A DNA stretch of 64,000 bases from Tagaea sp. (GTDB lineage Bacteria; Pseudomonadota; Alphaproteobacteria; CACIAM-22H2). The notes below the pieces were generated by a model that was not told the DNA's origin, ran no database searches, and saw only the letters and a list, made by a program, of their open reading frames with translations. Shown here in pieces: positions 63,253 through 64,000 of the stretch. Within the stretch, counting starts at the first letter, position 1. Each line of letters opens with the position of its first letter. The DNA is taken from assembly GCA_965279525.1 (NCBI GenBank), contig CBDIIB010000005.1:64001-128000 (forward strand), written 5' to 3'. The translations under genes and the position numbers were made by a program.

Positions 63253-64000
63253 ATGTCTTCGCCCCCGATCCCGGGACCGGCAAAAGCCGCGCGGTTCGCC
63301 GTTTTCGGCGTGCTGCTGCTCCTCGCAGCCTGTGCCGATTCCGCGAACCCGGATCCGCAGATGCCGAAGCGCCTGGTCGAGGTGGTCGAGCAGGACAGCG
63401 AGAAGGAGGCTGCGAAGGCGATCGGCGATGCGATCGAGATCGGCCTCGCCCGACGCGCCGGGCAGCGCGGGCGCGCGCCGGGGTCAGACGATTTCGCCCG
63501 CCAGAGGCCAATTGTCCGCGATGCCCATCCCAAGGCCCATGGCTGCGTCAAGGCGAACTTCACGGTCGAGGCTAAACTGCCGGTGGAACTCGCGAAGGGC
63601 GTCTTCAAGCCGGGCAGTTCGTACTGCTCCTGGGTGCGGTTCTCGAATTCGAATGAGGATCCGGATCGCTCCGACGCCCTGAAGGACGGGCGGGGAATGG
63701 CGATCAAGCTGCTTGGCGGGCCGGACGAGCCCCTGCTGCCGGCCCACAAGGGCGCTAGGACGCAGGATTTCATCATGATCAGCCATCCCGTCTTCTTCAT
63801 AGACGACGCGAAGGACTACGCGACCCTCGTGCAGGAACAGAACAAGGAACGCGGTGCCTCGCTTCTGAAGCTGTTCTCGGCGATCGGGATCAAGGGAACG
63901 CTCAATGCCCTCGCGATCACGAACCGGAAGAACCGGAACCCGCTTGAAGGCGAATACTGGTCGATGGTGCCCTATCGGCTGGGGACCGGCAACACGGCCA
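63253..64000 (+). CDS. Catalase-fold haem lipoprotein, 5' part; runs off the right edge
   Basis: Manual translation (not in the ORF track): LLLAAC lipobox, RDAHPKAHGCVKA, WVRFSN, DGRGMAIKL, TQDFIMISHPVFF, NPL...YWSMVPYRLG. Confidence 0.85.
   Translation, partial: MSSPPIPGPAKAARFAVFGVLLLLAACADSANPDPQMPKRLVEVVEQDSEKEAAKAIGDAIEIGLARRAGQRGRAPGSDDFARQRPIVRDAHPKAHGCVKANFTVEAKLPVELAKGVFKPGSSYCSWVRFSNSNEDPDRSDALKDGRGMAIKLLGGPDEPLLPAHKGARTQDFIMISHPVFFIDDAKDYATLVQEQNKERGASLLKLFSAIGIKGTLNALAITNRKNRNPLEGEYWSMVPYRLGTGNTA

Overview
A GC-rich chromosomal window, most likely from an alphaproteobacterium of the Rhodospirillales type (inferred from ccrM, trcR, rcdA, zauP-zapA, split pntAA/pntAB and PleC-like kinases). 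It is mostly housekeeping DNA: tkt/gap/fbaB, epmA-epmB and efp, a motA/motB-like pair, an MsbA-like ABC exporter, cyaY, rpmE, ibpA with an RpoH promoter and ROSE-type thermometer, a metY operon, transhydrogenase, rpsU, def, purEK, two acyl-CoA ligases, rnhB-ccrM, and a singlet-oxygen/furan-fatty-acid cluster with photolyase and two sigmaE-type promoters. I found no rRNA, tRNA, CRISPR array, integrase or transposase. The main unexplained signals are: (1) a non-coding element at about 11090-11435 with a promoter, boxA, a hairpin and two units carrying IHF-like cores exactly 100 bp apart and co-varying short repeats; (2) a peptidoglycan-binding gene that appears to start at ATT, and a lysozyme-like orphan 36 kb away whose upstream region shares a 13/14-bp motif with that element; (3) a riboswitch-like attenuator leader before metY; (4) rnhB apparently starting at CTG; (5) tandem PilZ-domain paralogs and tandem orphan histidine kinases; (6) two probable pseudo-enzymes; and (7) an AT-richer segment at the right edge encoding a RoxA/MauG-like di-haem lipoprotein and a catalase-fold lipoprotein. 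All family assignments come from motif recognition by eye; no database searches were run.
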